Shown: piece after piece, positions 19,203 through 30,215 of the stretch
Position numbering within the stretch: position 1 is the stretch's first letter
Layout of the letters: every line of letters begins with the position of its first letter
The notes under the pieces: generated by a model
What the model was told of the DNA's origin: nothing
The model's database searches: none
What the model saw: the letters and a program-made list of their open reading frames with translations, nothing else
Made by a program: the position numbers and the translations under genes
Origin: Candidatus Poribacteria bacterium
Lineage (GTDB): Bacteria; Poribacteria; WGA-4E; WGA-3G
Reading direction: 5' to 3'
DNA length: 64,000 nt
Assembly (NCBI GenBank): GCA_965221425.1
Contig: OZ244889.1
Location: 2,624,675 to 2,688,674 of the forward strand

Positions 19203-20943
19203 AATGGAAAACGAAGTAATGAGTAATGAGGAAAATTATGCTTTTGATGTAGCAGGTTACTTACATATTCCGGGGGTTCTAAACCAAGAAGAGGTAGCGG
19301 CACTGAATGAGGCATTAGATGCAGTAGGAGAAAATGAAACACTATTAGGCGGAGACAGCCCACTCCGCGAGCTGTTCCGCGATCTGCTGGTACATCCTAA
19401 ATTAGTGTGGTATTTGAACCAGATTGTTGGTCACGGCTTCCGACTTGATCAAACCCCTCAATTAATAGGGCAACGAGAAGATGTAGTAGGTACAACACTC
19501 GCCGGTGGCGATGAACCGAGAAATCCGTCTTTAGCATATCGCCAACAAAACGGTCGGAGAAGCTGTCAGGGCGTAAAAGCGATTTGGGCATTGGATGATG
19601 TAGTAGAAGGGGAAGGTGGACTGATTGTTGTTCAGGCAAGCCACAAGAGCAATGTTGAAACCCCTCACGACTTGGCATCAGGGGTTGATGATATGGGGTT
19701 AGTGCTACAACCAACACTCAAGGCAGGCGATCTATTTTTGGTCGCGGCACCTACGCTCCAAGGTGTTCGACCATGGAAAAATGAACCGAAAAGGTTATTG
19801 ACCTATTGCTATGCTGCACGTGCAGCAGTTCAATTTAATCCAGTTGGACCTCACTCAGAAACCGAATCTTTACCCGGATGGGCGGACAAAGCAACGCCTG
19901 CACAAAAGGCGGTTATGTATAGACCTGGGTATAAGGATTCAAGTCCTCCGCCAGTATTGAATACAGATGGTGAAAAGACATGGGTGGAGGAAGACGACTC
20001 CATCATTCATCCATCAATTTATATCCGCGACCCAGATTCTGGAATTGATGAGAAAGAGTTTTTCTTTTGGGATCTGAATGGATATCTGGTAGTACGTGGT
20101 ATAATGGATGAGCAGTGGCTTGCGGAGGCAAATGAGGCGGTGGATAAATTCCAAGATCGTATCGTCGTAGGTAGTGAACTCGCTGGAGGGTCGGTAAGTC
20201 AAGCAGGTACAGGTCGCCCACTTCTGCCGGGGTTGTTAGACCTACCCGATCCCTATAACGCACCATTTCGACGTATGATTGCGCATCCTACCGTAGTGCA
20301 GCGACTCAATTGGATGGGCGGTAGTGGCTATCGCACAGGAGGCGCGACTGTATTCTGCGCGGTTCAAGGAACATCGGGGCACGCGCTGCATGATGGCAAT
20401 GAACCGATGACACCATCACGCGGCTACTATTTTAAGAACGGTCGTAGTTATGCTGAAACCGTCACCATTACATGGCAATTGCGAGACGTCGAGCCGGGAC
20501 TGGGTGGTTTTGCATGTGTGCCCGGATCTCACAAGACACAGTATTCCATGCCCCGTGGGATTCGGACGTGTGATGATACGATGGGATTAGTAGTACAACC
20601 CGTTATGAACGCTGGAGATGTTCTCTTCTTTATGGACGGTGGTTGCACACATGGGGCATTAGCGTGGAAGAATCCAATTCCAAGACGTGGGGTATTGATA
20701 AAGTATCAGTCCAAGAATACCAATTGGGGCGGCGGTGTGGTCGATCCGCAAGACCGATGGGGCGATATGGTTGAAGATATGACTGAGGCACAATTTGCTG
20801 TAATGCGAGGACCCGAAAGGGATGGCCGTCACCGGACTGTACCGCGACTGGTCGTGCATGATGGACAAGTGTCCGTTTCCTACGATCCGGAAGGGGATAG
20901 TTATTCATCAAAGTATCGAAAACCGGGTGAAAAACGGGAATAG
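19203..20943 (+). CDS. tandem double PhyH-like (phytanoyl-CoA dioxygenase family) domain protein
   Basis: Two homologous halves (AFDVAGYLHIPGVLNQEEVAALNEA… and FFFWDLNGYLVVRGIMDEQWLAEANEA…), each ending in a PhyH-like core. ATG at 19203 follows a ggagg RBS. Confidence 0.55.
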
Positions 20944-20963
20944 GCTGAAGGGTAGGTATCTTA

Positions 20964-23035
20964 TGTTCAAAACGACGGACAAGACGCTCGTAAGCTGGTT
21001 CTGCTTTGATGAGGAAGCCCTCAAAAACTGCAGCGTGATTACCGTGCAGGCGGCTGAAAAGTATGATGCGCTTGCTTTTGGAGAGGATGTCCCAGGTAAG
21101 TGGTCCATCGCCAGCGAAGATAACACACGCACGCAAACTCCCGAACAACTCGCGCAAAATCCAGCGCAAGAAATTGTACTTGGACAGTTTATGATGATGG
21201 CTGCTGTTTACAAGGACAACACGGTCACCATTTACCGTGATGGGGAAGTGTACGCCAGCTATACTATCAAAGAACCGTATGATTTCCTTAACAGTCCCTA
21301 TCTACAACTGGTAATCGGTTCGGTCAATCTAAATCCTAACTACGCAACATCGTTCAAAGGAAAGGTTAAAGACGTAAGGATTTATGCACAGGCTTTGACG
21401 CAAGAACAGATTAAGGAGCTGAGACCGAACGAGCCATCGGAAATTCAGCCGTTTAGCTGGTATGATTTTTCGATAGATGGTTGGTGGGATGATCGGACAG
21501 GAAAATTTCCTGAGTTTAGAAACATTGCAGCGAAAAAAGAGAATGAAGAAGATGCGTATATTGTTTTCGATCGAGACGACAGACACATGTTTACCATGGA
21601 CAACGAAGCTGTCCGTATCGCTCGTGATTTTCGTCAACGATTGATGCATGATCCGAGCCGCCCGACATACCATCTGGTTAATTCCGATGGTGATACCGAA
21701 AGGAACTATTCGACGGATCCCAATTTCATGATCTACTGGAAAGGTCAATATCATTTCGGTTATATGTTAAAAGGCGACGAGCACGCTTTCGGTCACTTCA
21801 CCAGTACTGACCTTGTTCATTGGCGACGACGTGGGGACTGTGCATTGGGCAGCGGAGGTTGTGGAACGGGCGGTACGATTATTACCAAAGACGGCAAGAA
21901 GGTTATTTTTGTCGGTATATTTGGCGGCCGTCCAACATACATAGAAGCATCAGATGAGCATTTGGAGAACTGGTCTAAACCGATAGAGATTGATGTACCG
22001 CAAGAGGCACGCGATGCTGATTATTGGACATTCTGGGATCCGACTGCTTGGGTAGAGGAAGATTACTATTACATTTTTACTGGTGATCACGCTATGGAGG
22101 ATACACGGCCAGGATTAGGTAATTGGTATAAGAGAACAACACTTATGCGCTCAAAAGACTTTAAGAAGTGGGAATTTCTTGGTGAATTTATGACGAAAGA
22201 GTTACCAGGACTTGAACATCACGACCATTCTTGCACCGATTTCTTCAAACTCGGTCACAAGCACATGATGTTGCTTATCAGTCATAGCTGGGGTGCCCGA
22301 TACTATCTGGGTGAATGGAAGGATAACAAATTCACACCCGACTTTCATACCAAGATGAGTTGGACCAACAATTATCGCGGCATACCTATCTATTGGGCAC
22401 CCAAAACCCTTCTCACACCAGACGGACGTCGAGTTGTTATTACCAGTCTACTGTCTAACCTTGGCAATACTTTATGGAGCTGTGCATTTTCATTGCCCTG
22501 GGAGTTGAGTCTGCCTGATGATGGGATTGTGCGTATTAAACCGGTTCGTGAGCTTGCGTGTCTGCGTTACAACGAAACGGTTGAGAAAAACATCGTTGTC
22601 AAAAATGGCGAGGACTACAGGTTGAAGGAGATCTCAGGGGATACGGTTGAATTGAATGTAACAATAAAACCTACCGGAGCGAAGGATTATGGCGTAAAAG
22701 TGTTCTGCGACAAAGACAATCAGAATGGGATGGAGATCTTCTATTCAGCCGACGAGAAAACGATTTCGATAGGTGATGGCAAAGAAACGGAAAAACCTTA
22801 TGGTAGTTCCCAACCTTATGGCGTTGCGCCGTTTGAGTTGAACGCGGGAGAGGATTTGAGTTTACGGATATTCATTGACAGGGCATTGGTGGAAGTCTTT
22901 ATCAATGAACGTCAGGCAGTCGTACACAGGCAACTGCATAAGCCAGAAGACGTTGGGATATGCCTTTACAGCATCGGTGGGGACATTAAGGCAGACGTAA
23001 CGGGTTGGAAAATGGCACCGGCGAACCAATGGTAA
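20964..23035 (+). CDS. LamG (concanavalin A-like) domain + GH32/GH43-like beta-propeller glycoside hydrolase-like protein
   Basis: The N-terminus carries a LamG_3 signature (…GKVKDVRIYAQALTQEQIKEL). The central region matches the GH32 pattern (HLVNSDGDT…YHFGYM…FGHFTSTDLVHW), but the WMNDPNG catalytic-Asp motif is replaced by LVNSDGD. A C-terminal beta-sandwich follows. Confidence 0.5.
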
Positions 23036-23074
23036 GAGAAGTACCAAGGCGACGAAACGAGAATGTAGCATTCA

Positions 23075-24514
23075 TTGGAAGATAGAACAACTTCATCATT
23101 AATATTGCGTAATCCCAAACACAACAAAATGTATTCTAAACTGCTTCATCACTTCAGTCAGCCAGAGCATATAAAGAAGGTGGGAATTTGGATAGTGTCA
23201 ACTCTACTCCTATTTTGCGGATTTTACACCAACTTATGGCGCGTGGCTGAACAGCAGTGGTTTGACAATCATCAGAAAGACACCGAAAGCCATATTATGG
23301 GAAGAATGGTCAAATCACGTCAAGATGGCATCTTCTCGGCTGGTGGTTTGAATGGGTGGGGTACAGCAAAAATTACTGATACGGAGTGGATACCGCCAAC
23401 AGAAAGGACCCCACAATATACAGCTTATCTTCACAATCTCACCTTTGATAAATTTTCAACCTACAATTCACAACCTGGCGGTCAAGGCATGATTTTTAGT
23501 CTACTTAATAGACTAATTCCGTTATCGCCTCAAAAGAAATTAAGGTTATTCTATGTCTTGACAGCTTTACTTTCTGCAATCGCGTTGACATCCATTATAG
23601 GCTGGTTCTATGGAGAGTTTGGCTTATTGACCGCTACATTCGTCTTAGGCTCAGCTCTGCTTTCGCAATGGTTAACAGTCTTTGGAAAGAATCTTTGGTG
23701 GTGTCTGTGGGCATTCTATCTGCCAATGATTGCCGTTTTGTACTTCCTTAAACGCCACAGAGTCCCATCGAACCGACAGTATCTCTGGTTTGGAATATTG
23801 ATTTTCATATCAATGTCCATTAAATGTTTTATCAACGGTTACGAGTACATTACAACCACTTTGATAATGATGATGACACCGTGTATCTATTATGCCATTG
23901 TGGATAAGTGGAACAGACAGCAATATTTGAAATGGACGCTTGCAGCAGTGATCGGTTCTGGGGTAGCGATTTTTTTAAGTCTTATCATGTTATGTATCCA
24001 AATCGGTGCTGTAAAAGGTGGGTTTGTGGATGGGATTGAACATGTGATCTGGTCTTTTGGTAAGCGCACGTATGCAAATGCAGAAGATTTTCCACCAGTA
24101 TATGCTGCCAGCCTTGACGCGGGTCCGTTGGGTGTAGTCATTACTTACATGAACGGTGTCTTCTTTGATTTCAACAACTATCTATCTAACACTAATCCCC
24201 TCGTTTCTAAACATCTATTGAAAGTCCGCTATTACTATCTGATAGTCCTCTTTATTGCGATATCCGTTCCACTATTTTTACGTAGCAAAAAGATAATAGC
24301 GGAGAAGCGACAGCACTACACTGCGTTAATCTGGACGACCTGGTTTTCAATTCTTGCACCTTTATCGTGGTTTGTTATCTTCAAAGCGCACTCATACATT
24401 CATACACACATGAGTTTTCTTCTGTGGCAGATGCCTTTTACTTTTTTTGGATTTGCTGTGTTTGGATCTGCCGCTATGGCCTGGACGAAAAAGACCGCAT
24501 CAAAGCAAAGTTAA
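23075..24514 (+). CDS. polytopic integral membrane protein, hypothetical
   Basis: About 10 hydrophobic segments. The start is uncertain (TTG at 23075 or ATG at 23129). Confidence 0.45.
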   Translation: MEDRTTSSLILRNPKHNKMYSKLLHHFSQPEHIKKVGIWIVSTLLLFCGFYTNLWRVAEQQWFDNHQKDTESHIMGRMVKSRQDGIFSAGGLNGWGTAKITDTEWIPPTERTPQYTAYLHNLTFDKFSTYNSQPGGQGMIFSLLNRLIPLSPQKKLRLFYVLTALLSAIALTSIIGWFYGEFGLLTATFVLGSALLSQWLTVFGKNLWWCLWAFYLPMIAVLYFLKRHRVPSNRQYLWFGILIFISMSIKCFINGYEYITTTLIMMMTPCIYYAIVDKWNRQQYLKWTLAAVIGSGVAIFLSLIMLCIQIGAVKGGFVDGIEHVIWSFGKRTYANAEDFPPVYAASLDAGPLGVVITYMNGVFFDFNNYLSNTNPLVSKHLLKVRYYYLIVLFIAISVPLFLRSKKIIAEKRQHYTALIWTTWFSILAPLSWFVIFKAHSYIHTHMSFLLWQMPFTFFGFAVFGSAAMAWTKKTASKQS

Positions 24515-24589
24515 GTTGCGTTGAAGGAGAAAGCAATACCTCACTTGTAGGTAGGAATGATTTATTGAGTTTTTCTTATCAAACTCACG

Positions 24590-25402
24590 TTACCTAAAAA
24601 CCTTTATCTCTCCCCATGCGATAGCGAGTTTCTTTTGAGGACTGACTGCAAGTCCTTGTGAGTTAAAGTTTCGTTCGATTTCGTTATCTGTCAGTACCCG
24701 ATTATAGATGCCCACCTCGTCAATTAGTCCTTCAAAATATCTACGCGTGGTTCTGCCGATTCGGACAGATGCGCCAATGAACAATGGAGATTCTGTGGTA
24801 ACATCTGTGCCTTCAGAGGGCCCTCCCTCAGCATCAAGTTTGCCATCAATATAGATGCGAGTCGCATCCGATCTGTCTGCCACAAAGAGGACATGATGCC
24901 AATTTCCATCTACAACATTACCAGCAGAATTAAAGTCAATTTTGGGGCCTCCACCGCCTTCATTTGCTATTGTCACCTGTAGTTGAATCCCCACTATTTT
25001 CCAGAGAATTCTGGCGTTACCACCGCCATCTCCCTTGCTAATAATTGTAGACTGTCCGCCATCCAATTCTGGTGGTTTGTCTACTTTGATCCATGCCATC
25101 ATAGAGAAATCTTTGTCATCGCCAAAATCCAGACTACCGTTGGCAGGAGATTCAACATCAATCACATCTGGCTCCCCTCCGAATTCAAACGCTTCACCGA
25201 CTTTGCCTTTGATTTGCTGAGGTGCACCGACAATCGTTCCATCATTGCCACCCACAAGGTCTTTAACGGTATCGCCCTTAACATCTGCATTATCAAAACT
25301 CCAATAACTAACTAATCCGTCTCTAACAACTTGGCTCTCAACGAAATTCGTCTGCAAAACCAAAATCGTTAGAGTCAAAATCAAACCTCTTTTCACGTTC
25401 AT
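24590..25402 (-). CDS. secreted LamG-domain (concanavalin A-like lectin/glucanase) protein
   Basis: Signal peptide, then a LamG_3 pattern: YWSFDN…G.V…FEF…IDEVGIYNRVLTDNEIERNF. Confidence 0.65.
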   Translation of the reverse strand: MNVKRGLILTLTILVLQTNFVESQVVRDGLVSYWSFDNADVKGDTVKDLVGGNDGTIVGAPQQIKGKVGEAFEFGGEPDVIDVESPANGSLDFGDDKDFSMMAWIKVDKPPELDGGQSTIISKGDGGGNARILWKIVGIQLQVTIANEGGGGPKIDFNSAGNVVDGNWHHVLFVADRSDATRIYIDGKLDAEGGPSEGTDVTTESPLFIGASVRIGRTTRRYFEGLIDEVGIYNRVLTDNEIERNFNSQGLAVSPQKKLAIAWGEIKVFR

Positions 25403-25546
25403 TAGATCTGACCTCTCTTATGTTGAATATGATTATGTATAGTGGAATCTCCAATTAATGGGACACTTCTGTAGCGTCCACTGTTAGTTTGCGTCTCATA
25501 CTAAATTAACGTGATCCATGCTCAAGAACATGCCTGAACACATTTC

Positions 25547-26035
25547 TCAAGCGCGCGATGGGCGAGAATTTAGAAGTGACGCCACAAAAAAGCCAATAGC
25601 AAAACCAACGAGAAAGCCAATCAAAAGTTGCCCGGTGAAAAATCGGTTCAGGAAAAAGGTGATTTTAGTCTCATTTTTTACCATCTTGGTATTGTAAAAG
25701 ATTTCACCCCCTGATGAAACAACCTTCGATCTACTGACCCGGCTGCCATATCCTTTTTTGGAAACACTAATTGTATAGCGGCCAGCAGGTAATCCTGTCT
25801 TTTCGTAAGCACCATCCTTATCGGTTGTCACAGTATATTTCACATCTATGGCAGTATTGACAATTATAACGGTAACTCCCTTAATCGGTTTTTGTTCAGG
25901 AGTTGCTTCAACAACTTTACCTCGGATCGTTGCGCTGCTATCCATAAATCCTGCTTCTTGCGCGTATGCTGTAGGAACGATAATGAAAATATATACATAG
26001 AAAACTACCAAGAAGATATTACTTATGCGTTTCAT
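25547..26035 (-). CDS. carboxypeptidase-regulatory-like domain protein with C-terminal TM anchor
   Basis: Signal peptide, GKVVEA…GVTV…TDKDGAYE…LPAGRYTISVSKKGY (CarboxypepD_reg-like), and a C-terminal hydrophobic helix. Confidence 0.5.
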   Translation of the reverse strand: MKRISNIFLVVFYVYIFIIVPTAYAQEAGFMDSSATIRGKVVEATPEQKPIKGVTVIIVNTAIDVKYTVTTDKDGAYEKTGLPAGRYTISVSKKGYGSRVSRSKVVSSGGEIFYNTKMVKNETKITFFLNRFFTGQLLIGFLVGFAIGFFVASLLNSRPSRA

Positions 26036-26178
26036 TCTGTATTCTCTTTTTATCAGTTCCCGATTTCACCTGCAGGTGCTCATTATAAGATTTCTGCTGG
26101 TTAAATGATTGTGCATTCACCCTTACGACTCTGGAAAAACATGGAACAAGCAAGGTATCGCAGCGTTTCGTCACCGTT

Positions 26179-26346
26179 TTAATCTTTGTCTTCCTCATCG
26201 ATCTGCGTAAGGTGCTTGGCAATTTGGGACAAACTTTCGCCATTACTCTTGAGCGTTTTAGATATCTGTCCTAAAGTGATCGTAATAATAATCAGCATTC
26301 CAATAATTCCACCAAGAAACATACCAAATGCAATCTCTATTGTCAT
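26179..26346 (-). CDS. small single-TM protein (55 aa), hypothetical
   Basis: Unlisted short ORF MTIEIAFGMFLGGIIGMLIIITITLGQISK…EEDKD immediately downstream of and co-directional with the E1 gene. It is below the ORF-track cutoff. Confidence 0.25.
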   Translation of the reverse strand: MTIEIAFGMFLGGIIGMLIIITITLGQISKTLKSNGESLSQIAKHLTQIDEEDKD

Positions 26347-26387
26347 TGTATTAGTCCCCTGAAGTTAAATAAATTCTAAATTAATAT

Positions 26388-27194
26388 TCACCACCGCACT
26401 TCGCAAAATTCTTCATAGTCAATGAGCTCTTTAATGGTAGGATTTTCACCACACATCGGGCAGTTTTCGTCTTGACGGAGTTTCAGTCGTTTGAAATCCA
26501 TTGTGAGCGCGTTGAAAAGCAGGAGGGTTCCAATCAATGGTTCACCGATGTCTAAAAGAACTTTAATCGCTTCAACAGCCTGAATTGTGCCGATAATACC
26601 GGGCAACACACCAAAGACACCTGCCTCTTGACAACTCGGTGCCATACCTTGCGGTGGTGGTTCAGGAAAGATGCATCGATAACACGGACCTTTCCCTGGA
26701 TAAAGCACGGTTGTTTGTCCTTCAAATTGGAAAATGCTGCCGTGCACAGTCGGTTTACCGAGCATAACACACGCATCGTTGAGCAGATAGCGCGTCGGAA
26801 AATTGTCGCACCCATCCACAATCAGATCATACTGTTCCAATATCTCAAAAGCGTTTTCTGAGTTGATCCGTTCGTTGTGAGGGATAACTTTAACATCCGG
26901 GTTCATCTCAGCGATAGTGGCTTCTGCGGATTTCGTTTTCGGGATGCCAATATCACTTGTGCCGTGTAGAATTTGGCGCTGTAAATTGCTGAGATCAACC
27001 ACGTCGTCATCAATAATGCCAAGCGTGCCAACCCCCGCCGCTGCAAGGTAAACGCCAATAGGCGAACCGAGTCCACCCGCACCGATCAGCAGCACTTTTG
27101 ACTCAAGCAGCTTCGTTTGTCCCATCCCACCGACCTCTTTAAGGATAATATGTCGACTATACCGCTCAATCTGTTCATTCGTAAAGTTAAACAT
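26388..27194 (-). CDS. moeB: ThiF/MoeB-family E1-like adenylyltransferase with C-terminal zinc CxxC pairs
   Basis: Y(S)RHI…GxGGLGS nucleotide-binding motif, and CYRC…CPMC near the C-terminus. Confidence 0.9.
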   Translation of the reverse strand: MFNFTNEQIERYSRHIILKEVGGMGQTKLLESKVLLIGAGGLGSPIGVYLAAAGVGTLGIIDDDVVDLSNLQRQILHGTSDIGIPKTKSAEATIAEMNPDVKVIPHNERINSENAFEILEQYDLIVDGCDNFPTRYLLNDACVMLGKPTVHGSIFQFEGQTTVLYPGKGPCYRCIFPEPPPQGMAPSCQEAGVFGVLPGIIGTIQAVEAIKVLLDIGEPLIGTLLLFNALTMDFKRLKLRQDENCPMCGENPTIKELIDYEEFCEVRW

Positions 27195-27195
27195 C

Positions 27196-27774
27196 TTATC
27201 CTCCGAGATTGGAGATGAGTTCTGAAATTGGTTTGTCTGAATTCGCTGAGATTCGGAGAGCGAAACGTTCGCGTGTATCCTCAGAGGTGCGTTCTATTCT
27301 GAAATCATCGCTGCCATACATCTGTTTTAGTACAGGTTCAAGGTCTGCCTGAATTTTTTCCGCTGTTTCTGCTGTATTCGGGGCAATGTGGCGGTTGTTT
27401 ACCATAAACAGAATGTCTGAACCGTTAAAATGGATAGCGTTTTCCAATTCTTCCGATGCTACAAGTAGTTCACATTTAGAAAGCGTTTCAGTGAGTGCCA
27501 GGCGAATCTTTTCCTCGTTATCACCTTCCACATCATGCTTCCTGTTATAGAGCAATCCAGGTTGATGGTAGGCGTTGTCAATGCTATAATTAGCTTGTTT
27601 CAAAATCAATAGCACCCCCGGTCCCGCATCAACGTGTGAATAGTCGGCATAGTTCAGGTAATCCTCAGAATCAGCCTCCGTTATCCAGCGGTTAAAGACC
27701 TTAATGAAGTTGGTGTAGTTGACCGTGCTATCTTCAGTTGCAAAAACCTTAATATTAATTTGCTGTAAATCCAT
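27196..27774 (-). CDS. hypothetical protein ending in Gly-Gly, translationally coupled to E1
   Basis: 192 aa with C-terminus …SELISNLGG*. Its stop is 1 nt from the moeB-like start. No recognisable domain. Confidence 0.5.
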   Translation of the reverse strand: MDLQQINIKVFATEDSTVNYTNFIKVFNRWITEADSEDYLNYADYSHVDAGPGVLLILKQANYSIDNAYHQPGLLYNRKHDVEGDNEEKIRLALTETLSKCELLVASEELENAIHFNGSDILFMVNNRHIAPNTAETAEKIQADLEPVLKQMYGSDDFRIERTSEDTRERFALRISANSDKPISELISNLGG

Positions 27775-27854
27775 TCGATAAAAAGTTTCCTTTCGTGAGT
27801 AGAAAAACGGTTGGAGAGATTGCCCTCTCTTAGGAACTTAGAAATGTACTTCAG

Positions 27855-28100
27855 TTACGCAAGTGGTAGTCCACTGATGTCTTGTCCATCAATACTAACA
27901 ACAGTAACCTCTTCGGCTTGTATCCAGCTAATTTTACCTGTGCTATCACAGACGCAGACCATGGCGTATTGACCTTCATCTACATCTGCCAACCAATTTC
28001 CCAAAAACATGTTCGGTTTTGAGGATTGGAAAACACCAAATCCTGTACCGAGTAAGCAGTAATTTTTCCCTGTTGTATTGTGTTTTACGATTGTCGCCAT
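27855..28100 (-). CDS. small hypothetical protein (81 aa)
   Basis: ORF co-directional with and upstream of the GG-protein/E1 pair. No recognisable motif. Confidence 0.35.
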   Translation of the reverse strand: MATIVKHNTTGKNYCLLGTGFGVFQSSKPNMFLGNWLADVDEGQYAMVCVCDSTGKISWIQAEEVTVVSIDGQDISGLPLA

Positions 28101-28190
28101 TTTTTAACCCCCCTACCCCTTATCAAGGGGAATGCTCCATCTTGATTCTATTATACTGTAAGTTGATACGAAAGTCAATTTTTATTTTTT

Positions 28191-28292
28191 CGGTGTATAA
28201 AGTTTTTGGCGTGTGTGTAATCCGCGATTCAGACAGAAAAAACGATAAATGTCTCAGACAATGCACCTTATCCCAAACTTTTGCCAAAATAT
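28191..28292. mobile_element. MITE-like repeat family C, compact ~100-bp copy
   Basis: ggtgtataaagtttttggc…taatccgcgattcagaca…tttgccaaaatatttacacaccc; the termini are inverted repeats. The same ends flank larger composite copies at 36407..36740 and 43059..43368. Confidence 0.65.
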
Positions 28293-28628
28293 TTACACAC
28301 CCATTTTCCATTGAAGTCTAAACCTACCTTTGAATTTTATGGAGAAATCCAAAAAAGAGACGCACTCTGTCAACGTGCAGATATGTCAAATTAGCGTTGA
28401 ATTTTAGCAAATCATCTGCTAAAATAACCTAAGTTGCCACCTATTTGCGAATACTCTTGGTAGGAGGGGTTTCTAACCCCGATTTATAACAGAAAACATA
28501 AGAATCAGCGGAAATGCCTTGTTTCTTACTAAAAAGCAGTGTCCGCCCTCTCGAAATCTTGTCCGTAGCAACTTAGGTTGGTTAGGTTAAAATAGAAACA
28601 GATATGGACCAGAAGCATAGTAACAAAC

Positions 28629-28988
28629 ATGGATAGTATCATCATAAAAGGTATTCGATTTCACGGGCATCACGGTGTGCCTGAAGCGGAACGGCAGGTC
28701 GGTGGACATTACGAAATTGATGCGACATTGCATTGCTCTCTTGTGAACGCTGGCAGAACCGATGCGCTTGAGGACACAATTGATTACGCGAGCGTTGTTG
28801 ATCTCATTGTTAATATTGGCACACAACAGTCGTTTCAACTGATTGAGGCACTTGCAGAAACAATAGCTACAGAGATTTTAAACCGATTCTCAATAGACAC
28901 TGTCCAGCTGACCGTCAAAAAACTGCACCCACCGATAGAACAACCAATTTCCTACTTTGCCGTTGAGATCTGTCGTCCAAAGGAGTAA
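28629..28988 (+). CDS. folB: dihydroneopterin aldolase
   Basis: IIKGIRFHGHHGV…E…G and a length of 119 aa are typical of FolB. Confidence 0.85.
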   Translation: MDSIIIKGIRFHGHHGVPEAERQVGGHYEIDATLHCSLVNAGRTDALEDTIDYASVVDLIVNIGTQQSFQLIEALAETIATEILNRFSIDTVQLTVKKLHPPIEQPISYFAVEICRPKE

Positions 28989-28990
28989 GA

Positions 28991-30193
28991 ATGCGATTTA
29001 CACAACGATTGTGCACCTTCATATTATTTCTGTGTCTCATTAGTACCATGACACAAGCGGGCGGAAAGAAAACACAACTCTTTCCTGACCTGTCGGATGG
29101 ACTCAATGTTTACCGTTATGATTGGGATGTTGAAACATGTGTCCTCTATGTTGCCGAGATGTCACGGCATGATCCAACGTTGCGCTTTGAAGTTGCTCTC
29201 GGAAATTCACAGGTTCTTGGAAAAGAGACTGTACGTTCCATGGCAAAACGCCGCACGCAACGAGGTGATCGGCGCGTCGTTATAGCAGTTAATGGTGGTT
29301 TCGGTGTTCTCGGTGATATAAGAGGTTACGGTGGCGTTTTGGAAAACCTACACATCCAAGACGGTGAACTCATCACACAACCAACGGATACAGAAGCATG
29401 CTTCGGTGTAACTGAATCCGGCGAATTCTTAAGCACGCCTGTGCAAATGAATGCAAGCGTCCAGATAGGAACGTACACGCTGCCGCTCGGATGTATAAAT
29501 CAGCGCAGACTGGATGGATGTCAGGTAACGCTTTACACACCACGCCTCGGTGAATCTACACACACAAACCGCCGCAGAGGTAGAGAAGTAATACTCAGCG
29601 GCCTCCCACTACCTTTAACACCAAACTATGCACACCCCTATCAAGTAGAAAAAGTTTCAAACGATGGAAACAGTGTTATTCGTAAAGATAGTGCTGTTCT
29701 CTGGATTAGTTCTCGGATAAAGGATATTGGAGTTTCCCAATTTAATCCTGGTGTAAGTGGTAAACTCAAAATTACCCTTTCACCACCTGAGTGGAATCAA
29801 GTGCAGCATGCAATTGGCGGACGGCTTCGTCTCCTCAAAAATGGGAAAATAAATCAGAAACTTGTGGACATGCACTTTAAAGAAAAAAAGCATACTCCGG
29901 GCAAACGCAGTCAAGAACTAAACCTAAGCCATGAACCACGAACTGCACTCGGTTACAATACCGATACCCTGTTTTTAATTGTCGCTGACGGGAGGCAACC
30001 TAAATATAGCACTGGCTTAACACTCTACGAACTCGCCAGCATACTCCTTGAACTCGGGGCAACAGAAGCGATCAATCTTGATGGCGGATCCTCAAGTACA
30101 TTTGTTGTTAATGATGAAGTTGTCAATAAGCCTTCCGGACAGCGGGAACGGGAGGTGCTTAATGCAGCGTTTATTACGATGGATGAGGATTAA
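28991..30193 (+). CDS. phosphodiester glycosidase (DUF2233/NAGPA-like) family secreted protein
   Basis: Signal peptide; RTALGYNTDTLFLIVADGRQ…TLYELASILLELGATEAINLDGGSSS signature. Confidence 0.65.
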   Translation: MRFTQRLCTFILFLCLISTMTQAGGKKTQLFPDLSDGLNVYRYDWDVETCVLYVAEMSRHDPTLRFEVALGNSQVLGKETVRSMAKRRTQRGDRRVVIAVNGGFGVLGDIRGYGGVLENLHIQDGELITQPTDTEACFGVTESGEFLSTPVQMNASVQIGTYTLPLGCINQRRLDGCQVTLYTPRLGESTHTNRRRGREVILSGLPLPLTPNYAHPYQVEKVSNDGNSVIRKDSAVLWISSRIKDIGVSQFNPGVSGKLKITLSPPEWNQVQHAIGGRLRLLKNGKINQKLVDMHFKEKKHTPGKRSQELNLSHEPRTALGYNTDTLFLIVADGRQPKYSTGLTLYELASILLELGATEAINLDGGSSSTFVVNDEVVNKPSGQREREVLNAAFITMDED

Positions 30194-30215
30194 TTTCAAT
30201 TTTGGAGGTTAGAAC

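Noticed and set aside
20822-20963. Upstream extension of the LamG/GH32-like ORF into the preceding PhyH gene
   Set aside because: The extension overlaps the 3' end of the 19203..20943 gene in another frame. The ATG at 20964 after the stop is the more plausible start.
26019-26243. 74-aa ORF downstream of the CarboxypepD_reg-like gene
   Set aside because: It has no RBS and a basic low-complexity translation. It overlaps the better-supported small TM ORF region and the 3' end of the neighbouring gene.
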